64,000 bases of DNA from Chiloscyllium plagiosum (Eukaryota): NCBI RefSeq assembly GCF_004010195.1, contig NC_057718.1, positions 83,372,503-83,436,502 on the forward strand, in the 5' to 3' direction. The notes beneath the pieces were generated by a model. It did no database searches. It was not told where the DNA came from and saw only the letters and a list, made by a program, of their open reading frames with translations. Positions 51,120 through 63,785 of this stretch are shown in pieces. Every line of letters starts with the position of its first letter. Position 1 is the stretch's first letter. The position numbers and the translations under genes were made by a program.

Positions 51120-52760
51120 AGAGTTTCTGCTTTTCAACTTCTTATCTAACTCCTGAATTGCCTTTGCAAGGTAGCATTTCTCTGCCTATGTCATTGGTAC
51201 CAATGTAGACCACAACCTCTGGCTGCTCACCCTTCCTCTTCAGAATAATCTGTGCCTTTCAGAGACATGCTTCACCCTGGCACCAAGGAGGCAACACTGT
51301 ATTTGGTTGTGTCACTTGCCTAACTGTGCTCCCAACTACACAGTCCCTTATCATCACTCTTTGTCTGCACTTAGAATCGCCCTTCTGTACAACAGTGCCA
51401 GTCATGGTGCCAATGACCTAGCTACTGCTGCTTTCCCTTAAGAGGCGATCCCCTGCAATATATCCAAAATGGTGTATCTCTTTGAGGGGGGAATGGTCAC
51501 AGGGGACTTCTGTTTACCTTACCTTCTTGGTGATCACTTAACTCTCTTGTCTGTGTGGTTCTTATTGGTGGTGTGACCAGCTTGCTAAATGTGCTATCTA
51601 CGACATTCTATGCATCGTGGGCACTCCACAGTGAGTCCATCTGCAGCTCCAAGCATTCCCTACAGCAAACCAGGAGCTGCAGCTGAACCTATCGGAAAGA
51701 TGTTGCGAAACTTGAAAGGGTTCAGAAAAGATTTACAAGGATGTTGCCAGGGTTGGAGGATTTGAGCTACAGGGAGAGGCTGAACAGGTTGGGGCTGTTT
51801 TCCCTGGAGCGTCGGAGGCTGAGGGGGTGACCTTATAGAGGTTTACAAAATTATGAGGAATATGGATAGGATAAATAGGCAAAGTCTTGTCCCTGGGGTC
51901 AGGGAGTCCAGAACTAGAGGGCATAGGTTTAGGGTGAGAGGGGAAAGATATAAAAGAGACCTAAGGGGCAACTTTTTCACGCAGAGGGTGTTACATGCAT
52001 TGAATGAGCTGCCAGAGGATATGGTGGAGGCTGGTACAATTGCAACATTTAAGAGGCATTTAGATGGGTATATGAATAGGAAGGGTTTGGAGGGATATGG
52101 GCTGGGTGCTGGCAGGTGGGACAAGATTGGATTGGGATATCTGGTCGGCATGGACGGGTTAGACCGAAGGGTCTGTTTCCATGCTGTACATCTCTATGAC
52201 TCTATGACAATTCCCGTATACCACTAAGTATCCCCGATTTCCCAAATATTGCAGGAACAGCATTCTATGGGGTTGAGTTCTTCTGCCATTGTGAACCTTA
52301 TCAACCGCAGACAACAGACCAGAAACAGATTACACAATTCAACTTCGATCTCGACTTCTAGCACACTACAACTACAAAAAGTATGTACTTCACCTCTCTC
52401 CAGATACTACTCACCCTGGTTCTTCCAAGGCAAGCCTTTATCACTTTTTGAATTGTGACATCACCTCTGGAGCTCTGGCACTGGATTCAGCTCCATATTC
52501 ACTGTGATTGACCCTATTCCTCAGATGTTTATCCTGCTGCCACTGCTGTTCACCCTCAGGTCCACTCTCCTTTGCTCTGTTGCTACTGCTGTTGCTGCTC
52601 AGACTAACCTCAGTCCAGCCCCAATCCTCAGGTATTTATCTCGCTGTTGTACACACACCCCTCCCCCCAAACCACCCAAATTCATTCCCCTTCGCTCTTT
52701 TGTTGCTGACGTCACTGCTTGGACTGACCTCAAAATGGCTGGTGAACTTTGCTTGCATTG
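51120..52760 (-). mobile_element. CR1 5' region/ORF1 remnant interrupted by a young plus-strand CR1
   Basis: ELQMDSLWS remnant and a PVTIP...RYTIL-like ORF1 remnant. Confidence 0.55.
51688..52207 (+). mobile_element. Young CR1 3' fragment (near-identical to 38240-38748)
   Basis: RTRGHRFRVRGERYKRDLRGNFFTQRV...; (ctatgact) tail. Confidence 0.92.
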
Positions 52761-52806
52761 TGAGGTGTTGCGGGGGCGGGGGGTTGATGCTGAGAGAAAA
52801 CATGAA

Positions 52807-52918
52807 TGTCAAGAGTGGGATATGAACCACTCAAGAAAGGGACCTGAATTTACCAGGCTTGAGCGAGGCAAAGAATAATACTCAGGTCTGACATCTTACA
52901 CCACTCAGCCATCCTGAC
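52807..52918 (-). pseudogene. tRNA-Leu(CAA)-like pseudogene or tRNA-derived repeat retaining an intron-sized insert
   Basis: Minus strand GTCAGGATGGCTGAGTGGTGTAAG...[~30 nt]...GGTTCATATCCCACTCTTGACA, compared with recalled vertebrate Leu-CAA GTCAGGATGGCCGAGTGGTCTAAG...GGTTCGAATCCCACTTCTGACA; anticodon loop degenerate. Confidence 0.7.
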
Positions 52919-53499
52919 AGATTGCAAATGTTGCTATTGACTAATTTTAATTCTATTCTCCACTGGAAGAATTGGGAGGAGTGCACGAAGGATCAACTGA
53001 CATTTGGGAAACAGTAATATAATAAATATAGAATGCTTCTTTATTCAGCACAATATTAGTGAAGGTGTATAACAGATAAGATGGGTTACTATTTCTATCT
53101 GGATGAAACCCGAATACTGTGGAAATAACAAAATTATCATGCTGACTTCTAAATTTTAATTGTAAACTATAAAAGGAATATAACAATAGGTTTCACTTGT
53201 AAAACCTACATGATTTGACATCAATATGCCACCATATCTCAGGACATTTGACTTTCCGTTGCTAGGAAGTAAAATAAATAGGGCTAGGGATTTCTGCTGC
53301 TTTAATACCTCACTTTCTACATATGTGGTGGCCTTAGCAGCAGTCAAATGTCGAATGATCAGTAAGGTTGTTAGGCAAATGATATGTGCTCCAAATTCAG
53401 AGATTCAAATTTATGCTCCAAATTCAGAGATTGTGCTGGAATATTGTTCATCCAAATCCGAATTAACCAGCAAAAGGATTCTTGTGGATCACTGAATAT

Positions 53500-53812
53500 T
53501 GAGATAAGGTAAATAGGTAGTGTTTTCCCCAGTCCAAACTAGAGGCCAGAGGTTTAATGTGAGAGGGACAAGATTTAAAAAGGATGGTCAACTTTTTCAC
53601 ACAGAGGGTGATGCGTGCGTGGAATGAGCTGCCAGAGGAAAGGGTGGAGACTGGTACAATTACAACATTTAAAAGGCATCTGGATGGGTATACGAAAAGG
53701 AAGGCTTTAAGAGGGATACGGGCCAAGTGCTGGCAAATTAATTTAGGATATCTGATTGGCATGGACGAGTTGAATAGAAGGTGTGTTTCCGTGCTGTACG
53801 CCTTTATGACTC
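53500..53812 (+). mobile_element. CR1 3' fragment
   Basis: NFFTQRVMRAWNELPEE...FKRHLDGY. Confidence 0.85.
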
Positions 53813-53987
53813 GAAGTGTGAAACAGCTAAGAACATAGATTAACACGGTCAGAGAATCTGTGTCAGAGATGAAGTGTAATCCAAAATTACAAAAAGGCTG
53901 ACATTAGCCTCCTTAGGCCATTCAAGAGAACTGCATACTACTTCAATTAAGTCAAAACTCTAAGGTTTTCGATCGATTCTGATTATA

Positions 53988-54292
53988 CTTAGATTAGATT
54001 TACTTAGATTACTTACAGTGTGGAAACAGGCCCTTCGGCCCAACAAGTCCACACTGACCCATCCAGACCCATTCCCCTACATTTACCCCTTCACCTACCA
54101 CTACGGGCAATTTGGCATGGCCAATTCACCTAACCCGTACATTTTTGGACTGGTGGGAGGAAACCGGAGCACCCGGAGGAAACCCACGCAGACACAGGGA
54201 GAATGTGCAAACTCCACACAGTCGCCTGAGGCGGGAATTGAACCTGGGTCTCTGATGCTGTGAGGCAGCAGTGCTAACCACTGTGCCACCAT
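53988..54292 (-). mobile_element. HE1-type SINE
   Basis: Minus-strand head atggtggcacagtggttagcactgctgcctcacagc; B-box ggttcaattccc; tail repeats; flanking ttatac. Confidence 0.9.
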
Positions 54293-54504
54293 GTTATACC
54301 TTTTAGTTTTTCAATGAGAAAAGTCAAAGTATCCAACAATTTCTAGAGAGAACTACATATGTTGATCCAAAAAGTATTTAGCTAAATATTTATGCTCCAT
54401 GAAGTCAAAAGTGAGACTCAAAAATTAAAAAGCTGCCATTTTTAACATCAAACAACTGAGAGAAAACAAAACCTCTTAGTTCCTTTTAAATTGTCAGATT
54501 CATA

Positions 54505-55385
54505 GATTATTGGAGGAGCTGCAGATAGTGAGGAGGACTGTCGGAGGGTACACCTGGATTATAAATGAGTTGGAGGCATGTACAGAAAAAATGTCAGATG
54601 GAGTTTAATCCAGACAAACGTGAGGTGATGCATTTTGAAAGGTCACATACTGGTGGAAAATTCCACTGAATGGCAGAACCTTTAGGAGTATCGATATGCA
54701 GAGAAATCTGGCTATGCAGGTCCACAGATCACTGAAGGTGGCAACTCAGGTCGATAAGGTAGTAAAAAAGGCCTCTGGCATGCTTGCCTTCATTGGAAGG
54801 GGTACTGAATATAAGGATAGACAAGTTATGTTGCAGCTTTATAGAACTTTAGTTAGGCCACACTTGGAATATTGCGCACAGTTCTGGTCACCATACTAAC
54901 AAAGATGTGGATGCTTTGGAGAGGGTACAGAACAGGTTTACCAGGATGTTGCCTGGTATAGGGGATTTTAGCTATGAAGAAAGGTCGGATAGACAGGGTT
55001 TGATTTCACTGGGTCACAAGAGGTTGATAAGATTGCAAATGGTATCGATAGAGTGGAAAGTATGAGGCTTTCTCCCCCAGGGTGGAGGGGTCAAGTACTT
55101 GGGGACACACGTTCAAGGTGTGGGGCGGGAAGAGTTTAAAAGAACTGTGCAAGGCACATTTTTCACACAAAGGGTGGTGAGTGCCTGGAATGTGCTGCCA
55201 GAGGTGGTGGTGGAAGTAGTCACAATTGCAACATTCAAGAAGCACCCAGACGAATGCATGAATAGGAAGGGAATAGACAGATAAGGATTCTGTAAGTGAA
55301 GTCAGTTTTAATATGGAAGGGCAAAACTTGTCAACGCAGGCTTAGAAGGCTGAAGGGCCTGTTCCTGTGCTGTATTGTTCTTTGT
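54505..55385 (+). mobile_element. CR1 3' fragment
   Basis: VKKASGMLAFIGRG...LYRTLVRPHLEYCAQFWSPY. Confidence 0.88.
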
Positions 55386-56591
55386 TTTATTAATACAAAG
55401 GTCATTTTAAGGCAATATATTTGCCTTAAATGCAAAATATGTTTGCACATATGTTTGCATTTTTTTCATGGTCTGTATGTGAAAAGGGATATCACTTTTA
55501 AAAAGGGGAGCACATACAAGGAGTTGTTGGCAACTTGGATAAACAAGCAAAGCTGACTGATGTGTGAGAGTCAATGTTACTTTCTGGGACAGTGGGCTCA
55601 GCACTGAGAGGCCTCTGATTACAAATCTGCAGTTTGCAAGATGTGCAAGGAACAGAAAAGCAAGGAACGCTTCTGAAGTTGACTGCATCAATATCTCACT
55701 CTGTACCTTTGTGTGAAAAGATGCTCTATTCAATTCTGTGCAGGAAATTTACATCCGCAGACACAGAGAAATAATTCTAAAATCTAAAGGGAATAAAAGA
55801 TCCCAGGTCCAACAAGTCAACCAGTTAACTAAAGTCTCATCATTATTATGCAGGCAACATGGCAACAAAGAACTGAAAAGATTGCAAAAATAACCCGTCT
55901 AGTTTTTTTTCCCCAAAGATTTAAGATTTAATACAGAGACATGTCAAGCAATGAGTTTTTCTTCAAATATAGCCTTGCCTTTTTCTTTCGCGTGAGCATG
56001 TGGGATTTTAAAAGAGGTAAAGTTTAATTTTTCCAGTCATTAATTAGTTAATTGGTTAGGAATACAGGTAGTTATCCTATAACTCTACGCATTCCTGTGT
56101 GACGCCGTATTATAGAAAATCATGCAGTGGAAATAATGAGACCATTGGGAAAAACAGGGGCGAACCACCAAAACTACCAGTAAAAATTGCAACAAAAATA
56201 CCTGTCTTGATAGCGAAAGAAGCTAAGATTTATCCCTTGATCCAAGTGTCAGTTTTTGGAGTATTTCACATCGTGATGCTTGGGGACATCTATCACCTTA
56301 TTTTATAAAACTCACCTGATTTACTACCCAGCCCATCCTTTGGTGCCCCTCTCACACATCTAGCACCATCATACCATATGCCATTTCCAAAACAACTCAC
56401 CACTTCCTGGGGATATCCCAGAATTGGCCAACATCCATGGTGCAGCACCATCTTTAAAAAGATATTGTGTACCCAGACAAGAGCTGCCCTGCATGGTTCC
56501 TGACATTGCCTGCCACGTTCATGGCCAATGAAGAAATTATGCCTCTCTCTGAGCAGGGACATGGAGATGCTGCTGATAGGAATGGGGTGAT

Positions 56592-57945
56592 CAAAACATA
56601 AGAAATAGGAGGAGTAGGCCATCTGACCCTTTGAGCCTGCCCCACCATTCAATAAAATCATGGCTGATCTTTTTATGGCCTCAGCTCCACTTATCCGTCC
56701 TCTCACCATAACCCTTAATTCCTTTACTGTTCAAAACATTATCCATCTTAGCTTTAAAAAAATTCAACAGGAAAACTTCAACTACTTCACTGGGCAAGCA
56801 ATTCCACAGATTCACAACCCTCTGAGAGAAGAAGTTCCTTCTCAATTCAGTCCTAAATCTGCTCCCCCTAATTGTGAGGCTATGCCTTCTTGCCCTAGTT
56901 TCCCCCACCAGTGGAAACATCCTCTCTACTTCTATCTTATCCATTCCCTTCATAATTTTATGTTTCTAAAAGACGCCTCCTTACTTTTCTAAATTCCGAT
57001 GAATATAATCCCACTCTACTCAGTCTCTCTTGATAAGCCAATGCCCTTAACTCCAGAATCGACCAAGTGAATCTCCTCTGCACCTGTTCTAGTGCCAGTA
57101 TATCCTTTCTCAAGTAAGGAGTCCAAAACCACATGCAGTACTCCAGGTGTGCCCTCACCAGCACCCAACAACGTAACCTCCCTGTGTTTAACCTCAATCC
57201 CTTCAGCAATGGGAGATAAAATTCCATTTGCTTCTTAATTGCCTGTTGCACCTGCAGACCAATCTTCTGTGATTCATGCACAAGGACACCCAGGTCCCTC
57301 TGCACAGCATCATGTTGCAATTTTTTACCTTTCAAATAATAGACTTTTTTACTGTTACTCCTATTAAAATGGATGACTTCACATTTATTAACATTGCACT
57401 CTATCTGCCAGACCTTTGCCCATTCACTCAAACTACGTCCCCCTGCAAAGTCCTCTGCACACTTTGCTCTACCAATCAGCTTAGTATAATCTGCAAACAT
57501 TGACACACTATACATGGTCCCTAACTTTAAATCATCTATGCAAAGTGTAAATAATTGCAGTCCCAAAACTGATCCCTGAAGCACACTACTAGTCACTGAT
57601 CACCAAAGCACTCATTTTTATCCCCATTTTTTGATTCCTGTTAGTTAACCAATCCTCTATCCATGCTGATACATTACCCATAACATTATGCATCCTTATC
57701 TTATGCAACAGCCTTTTTTTGGGGCACTTTAGCGAATGCCTTTTGGAAATCTAAGTACGCACCTACTGGGTCCCCATTGTCCACTGTATTCATAATGTCT
57801 TCATAGAATTCCAGTAGATTAGTTAAGAATGATCTGCCCTTCATGGACCCATGCTGCGTCTGCCAATGGGACAATTTCTTTCTTTCTATCTAGATATCTT
57901 GTTATTTCTTCCTTGATAACAAATTCAAACATTTTCCCCACTATT
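56592..57945 (-). mobile_element. CR1 ORF2 3' half, inserted into an older decayed LINE (56300-58440)
   Basis: SSVLQGSVLGLQLF...FADYTKL; FRTELRRNFFSQRVVNLWN. Confidence 0.88.
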
Positions 57946-58448
57946 ATTTTTTAAATAGTGGCATCACATTTGCTGTTTTCCAATCTGCTGGAACTGCCCC
58001 AGAGTCCAGTGAATTTTAGAAAACTCCCAGAGGCAGAATGTCCTTTTCTCCCAGGTCAACAGAAGATGCCATTGTGCGGGAACCACACCAATCTGGACCA
58101 GGGTTATCATCCAGGCCAGTACAGTCTCAACCATCTGAAGGATTGCATAGAACATAGGGAGATCAATGATCTTCTCCACCATGCCAGTGAAATTGCCACC
58201 ATCTTCTCGTTGATACCTCACACTATCTCTGTTACTGTACTCTCATTTCCTGCAACAACTTCCCCACTCTCACTCATCCTTGCTAATATCTGACCCTGAC
58301 TAACCTTGAATCTCTTCTACACAACCTACTCACCCCTCAGGAAATGTCCACACATGCACCAAAAGTAACAGTCTGCCACCCACCTTTCTCTCCCTAACTC
58401 ACTATGTGCAAAGTTTCCTGATTCTGACCACCCGAAGGAGCTGACTGA

Positions 58449-59217
58449 TGTCACAACACGGCAGTGAACCCTTTGTTAATTAAACCAAAAACCCAGAAAA
58501 GCTCACCTCACCTTGTAACCTGTTAAAATATGAGTGACAGAGAACTCCCAAATTCCATTATTTAAAGAAAATAGTATTGATTTATTTTTTAACTCAGTCA
58601 ACATTAAACAATAACTACTTACAACTCAAAACCCCTTTTTCTCTTAACTGCTTATTACCTGCCTCCAACTCTATAACAATATGTCATTCCAATAAGACAC
58701 TTATTAAAATTACATCAACTTAATTTAAAAACCACACAGCCCACTGTCATCTTCAGTGTCTTTCTTCTTCCAGCTGATGATCTCCCTGGTCACCATCATT
58801 TTTTAAACTGTGAATATGTTTCATTTGAAAAGGTACCTTTGATAGAGAGTATTTCCTAATTTCTTGGGTCTCTCTCGATGGCAATTGTTCTCTCTTCAAT
58901 TCTTAAAATGTCTGCATTTTTATATCCCTAACATTGGATTGTCTCATTGGTTCGATATTGCCAAAACAATAAATTCAAACGTGATTGGGTTTTAGTATCC
59001 TGGGGCATAATTTAATTTGAATTTCACCAATCAGTTTATTGTCAAAACAATCACCAAATCTCAGGTACCCATTTCACAGCCAAATGTTACATATTTTCAA
59101 TTTTCCAGTACACTATGGGACTGCCATCTAGTCATATACACAGGTGCTTGTAATCTCTTCGTTCAGAACAGCATTCACTCTCTTAAAGGTACAGTACACG
59201 CCTTCAAAGTCATAACA
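58449..59217 (-). mobile_element. Solo LTR (769 bp; Gypsy-like by its 4-bp TSD)
   Basis: TG...CA ends with imperfect inverted termini (tgtcacaac / gtcataaca); TSD ctga at 58445-58448 and 59218-59221; minus-strand CCAAT boxes (~58934-58988), TATAAAA (58918-58924) and AATAAA (58581-58586). Confidence 0.85.
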
Positions 59218-59272
59218 CTGACCATGTCCAAGCCCTGGTACTTTTTTTTGCAGTTGATTACCAAAGTGATTA

Positions 59273-59700
59273 CCGTATATACTCGAGTTGCAGTCAAATG
59301 TTTTGACTACTTTAAAGGTTAAATTAATGGGGGTCGACTATTACATACTACTTTTGAAGGGCTGAAATTCATGCCCGTCAAAATTCATAGCATATCATTA
59401 GCAGAAGCCCAATTGATCTCGAAACGAATGAAGAAAAAAAAACAACCAATTACAGTAATTCTCAAAATCTGGAGCACAACAGCCAGCGGACTGGAAGACC
59501 AGAAGCGGAGCGAAACAATCAGCAGACTAGAAAGCTGAAGCAGGATGTGACAGCTGGCACACTGACTCAAACGCTGATCTGTTATCTGTGAAGAACTAGG
59601 GTCAACTTTTTCACGAATTATATGGAAAATTCCAGGTTATTTTTCCTAAAATAGGGGGTCTACTCGTACATGAGATCGACTATTACTCAAGTATACATGG
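59273..59700. mobile_element. Non-autonomous Tc1/mariner-superfamily (Tc2/pogo-like) MITE
   Basis: TIRs CCGTATATACTCGAGT and (reverse complement) CCATGTATACTTGAGT, 13/16 identical; TA at 59271-72 and 59701-02. Confidence 0.8.
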
Positions 59701-60479
59701 TAGTCACTGGAACAGATTCACATAAACCTGCAGATATTCTTTAATATCTAAACATATATTTTAAAGAGAGAAAAAAGCTCTTAATGTAAACAACAAAACC
59801 AAGTTTCAAACCGGTCCTCAACACTGTCCTTTTACTGTTAGTCAATTCCAGTGAAATTTGACTCTTACCTCCATTCTAAATTTTAAAATTAACAGATTGC
59901 TCCCAACTTTTTGTCCTCAGGCTGGAGAGATATTTCACAATGCTTTTTCCAAGTCTACTCGCACAAACATTTCACAATACCTTTCACAATGCTCTTTACA
60001 AGAAAGTGCATAAGAATACTGATCATGTGATGCCAACACAGAGTCCAGTCCTTCACACACCACGACACCTAGTGCCGGGGATGAGAATCGCATAAAAGCG
60101 AACGGGAGCTTACTTCATTGAATAAAACGGTCAGCAATTCACAAAACATGTTCCAGACAAATTGAATTTAATTGACGCTCATTATCGGAGAACTGCCTGT
60201 ATCAGTTTTGTTAAAATAAGATTTTTTTTTGTTAATGCAGTTTTATCACCAAAAAGCTAAGGTTGACTTTTACATAAAATATATGAAAAGGTTAAATTTC
60301 AGGCCAAAAGACATGGGAGTAACTTTTATACAACATTGGCTCTATACACATATATATGTACATATATTTGTTAATATTTCAGTTCCCCAGATCAATAACT
60401 ACAACAATACCACTACTGATACACTACAAGTAGTGTAATCAGATTTTTAAAAAATTGAGGCTTGCAAGCATTGGCAGTC

Positions 60480-63400
60480 ATGCAATGCCATCATGGATAG
60501 CAAATCTAGAGTCAGGCATAGCTACCCTCTTTACCTTGTCCTATTGAAATCTTAAGCCGATTCCATCAGAAAGGTGCTGGCATAAGAGGGGTGACAAAGA
60601 CCAAATAGTGGAGTCATTCAGTCAAATGCCTCCCTACACATGGACAATATCACCACCTTCTGCTTGGATCCATTATGCATTGACTGAGTAGCACCAGTTC
60701 AATCTGACCTCAGTCAAAACACATCGAAGCAAGAGCCAGACAACCTGAAGGTGCTGGCAATAAAGGTGAGCAGTGCGCATAAAAAATAACTGGAAGGAGC
60801 AAGTACTCATGGTCAAACAAAAACCAAACATGTCAAAGCAAGACTCCTTCTCCACTACGTGTGTGAGGAAGACCATCAGGTGTATGGCACTCAGTGTTGC
60901 TGTACAGATCTGGCCTATTCTCATCTGAACTACAATTTGCTTTACCTGGAAGTCAAACTGGACTATGTTCACAGGGACATGATGCATTAACCTCTAGATA
61001 AAGGGGTACATGTGGCCAGAATGAGGAAGTTTTGTTAAGTTTATAGCTATGCATAGAAACTCCTTATACAAGTGTTTAGAAGGAGAACAGGGAAAATACC
61101 ATTATCCACACCCAAGTGGGCATGCTGAGGTCTTACCTGTTACCCAATGTTGCAAAGAATTTGTCTTGCCATGTTGACACAGAACCCTTCAAGTGTTTGA
61201 GTCATATTGCATCACTTGCCCTTTGTGGAGGAGATTCTATAGAAAAACACTTTTGACCACAAATCCATCAGGCAGTGGTCAGCATATAGCATACAAGATC
61301 TTATAGGAAAAATAAATGGTTCCCCATTGTGGTGAAACGGTTAAAAATTATGTCCCAATACATGTGTGAATCATAATGTAACACATGTATTGGGCCAAGC
61401 AATGGAACATATAGCATACAAGATCTTATAGGAAAAATAAATGGTTCCCCATGCAGACTATTAGTCACCTGGTAGAATGCCTCAGTGCCAGAACTTATAA
61501 CCAAGCACCAAGACACAGTGGTAAAAAAGGCCCTCAGATCATTCCTCTGTGACTGGAGCCTAGCCCTTTTTGCACATTACTCTTGAGGTGGCTGGGATGG
61601 GGAAGAGACAGTCATCTACATCCATGTGGACAAAAAATCTGAAAGAAAATCTAGAAGGAGATACAATAGTGTTTGTTCAGCTTTATCCTAAGCAGCTCCA
61701 TGACACAGGGTTCTATGCTCTATGGGTTCACATTGTGATAAACATCTCTTTTTATTTCAAAAAATGTATTTTATTCATAAAATATTCTGATGATCTGTAC
61801 AATTGGTCACGCCATACATACGCAAACATCCCATTTCTTTGCATACAGAGATAGAGTAATCATTCGTATATACAGGTCTGTACGTTTACCATATATCCAT
61901 ATGTTTAGCTGAGGCGTCAGCGGAGCCCACTTACTGCGTGGGCCCCCTGTTCTTTGGCAGGCAGATGTTACACGGTGGTCTTGCCCCACCGCACCTTGGC
62001 GGCAGTTGCCCCAAGCTTCAGCACGTCCCTCAACACAGTCCTGGATCTTGGAATGTGCCAGTCCACAACACTCAGTCGGGGTCAGCTCCTTCAGCTGGAA
62101 GATCAACAGGTTTCAGACAGACCAAAGAGCTTCTTTCACCGAGTTGATGATCGTCTCGGTGTGTGTCCTGGAGAACAGACCGTGAGTCCCGCGTCACGGA
62201 GCTGCTTGGGACGAACCTCGACAAACACTCGTCTCCAGACTTCCTTTGCATAGGCACATTTCAGAAGGAGGTGTGAGACAGTCTCGTCCCCTCCGCAGCC
62301 ACTTCGAGGGCAGCATGCGGTGCGGCAGAGAGTCCGGCGTGCGTAAAGGATCTCACAGGCAGAGCCCTTCTCACCACCACCATGTCTTGGTGCGTGTTGG
62401 AAAGTTCTGGTGATGAGGCATTCTGCCAAATGACTGACAGTCTGCTCAGGGAACTGCTCGACAGGATCTGCTCTTTCCTTTTCCCAAAGGGTCTCAAGGA
62501 CACTGTGCTGACCACTTCCTGATGGACCTGTGGTCAAAGGTGTTTTTCTTCATAAACTTCTCTATGAAGGACAGGTGATACGGAACGGTCCAACTACTTG
62601 GAGCCTTCAGTGACAGCGAGGCCAGGCCCATCCTTCACAACACCGGGGACAGGAACCTCAGTACATAGTGACATTTTGTGTTTGCGTACTGGGGATCAAT
62701 GCACAGCTCGCTGCAGCCACAAACAAAGGTAGCTATCAGGGTGAGGAAGGCATTTGGCGTGTTTTTCCCCCCGTTGCCCAGAGCTTTGTACATCGAGTCC
62801 CTTCGGACCCTGGCCATCTTTCCTCTCTATACAAAATGGAAGATGGCCCAGGTGACTGCGACGGCACAGGTTCTGCGAATAGGCCAGACCTGTGCCACAT
62901 ATAACAACACTGACAGTGCCTCACACCTGATGACCAGGTTTTTTCCCGCGATGGAGAGCGACCGTAGCTTCCATCTGCCCAGTTTCTGCCTCACCTTGCT
63001 GATACGCTCACCCAAGACTTGGCGCACGCCTCAGCCCCTCCGAACCAAATACGCAGCACCTTCAGGTGGTCGGTCCTGATGGTGAAGGGGAGCGAGGATT
63101 GGTCGGCCCAGTTCCCGGAGAGCATGGCCTCGCTCTTGCCTCAGTTTACCTTGGCCCCCGAGGCCCGTTCGAACTGGTCACCAATGCACAAGAGTCTGTG
63201 CATGGACAGCGGATCAAAGCAGAAAATGGCGACGTCATCCATGTACAGGGAGGCATTAACCTACAGGCCCTCCGCTGCCAGGAATAGTCACCCCTCTCAG
63301 GCTCGCATCCTTCCTGATGGACTCGGCAAATGGCTCTATGCAGCACACAAACAAGACAGGAGACAGAGGGCAGCCCTGCCTGACTCCAGATCTGACTGGG

Positions 63401-63785
63401 AAGCTATCTGATTCCCACCCATTGATTGAGACTGCACTGACAATGTTGGTGTAGAGCAGTCTGATCCAATTACAGATTCCCTCCCCAAAGCCCATTTTGG
63501 AGATAATATCTCTCATATACATATGTGATATCCTGTCAAAGGCTTTCTCCTGGTCCAGGCTGATGAGGCAGGTGTCCAACCCCCTGTCCTGCACGTAGAC
63601 AATTGTATCCCTGAGGAGTGAGAGACTCTCAGCGATCTTCCTGCCCAGTACAGCACAGGTTTGGTCAGGGTGAATCACCAATCCCAGAGCAGACCTGACC
63701 CGGTTGGCGATGACCTTTGCACCGGAAGGGCCACTAACTCTGGTGCAAGCTGTTCTTTGGTCTGCCCAAAATTTGCTGGTCTTAA
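60480..63785 (+). mobile_element. Old decayed Tx1-like ORF2 (60480-~61746, resuming ~63720-63785), host of a younger antisense Tx1
   Basis: gaaaaacacttttgaccacaaatccatcaggcagtggtcagca at 61242-61284 is the diverged reverse complement of 62506-62550; collinearity resumes after 63720. Confidence 0.75.
61749..63720 (-). mobile_element. Younger Tx1-like element: RT, C-terminal Cys/His motif, 3' UTR; 5'-truncated and frameshifted
   Basis: VIHPDQTC...SLDQEKAFDRISH...GVRQGCPLSP; LYMDDV; CPRSGCGGDETVSHLLLKC; minus-strand AATAAA motifs and A-rich end at ~61749-61776. Confidence 0.92.

Noticed and set aside
56062..56290. Possible DNA-transposon end (tacaggtagttatcctataac)
   Set aside because: Matching second TIR not found; too decayed to call
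59869..59921. Possible poison exon on the minus strand with strong donor GAG|gtaaga
   Set aside because: Weak acceptor tract, stop in frame and no homology; such sites are expected by chance in long introns
1..63720. The two young Tx1 pieces (1-1355 and 61749-63720) as halves of one element
   Set aside because: Wrong order on the minus strand (the 3' piece lies upstream), 60 kb apart, with host exons between; they are separate insertions
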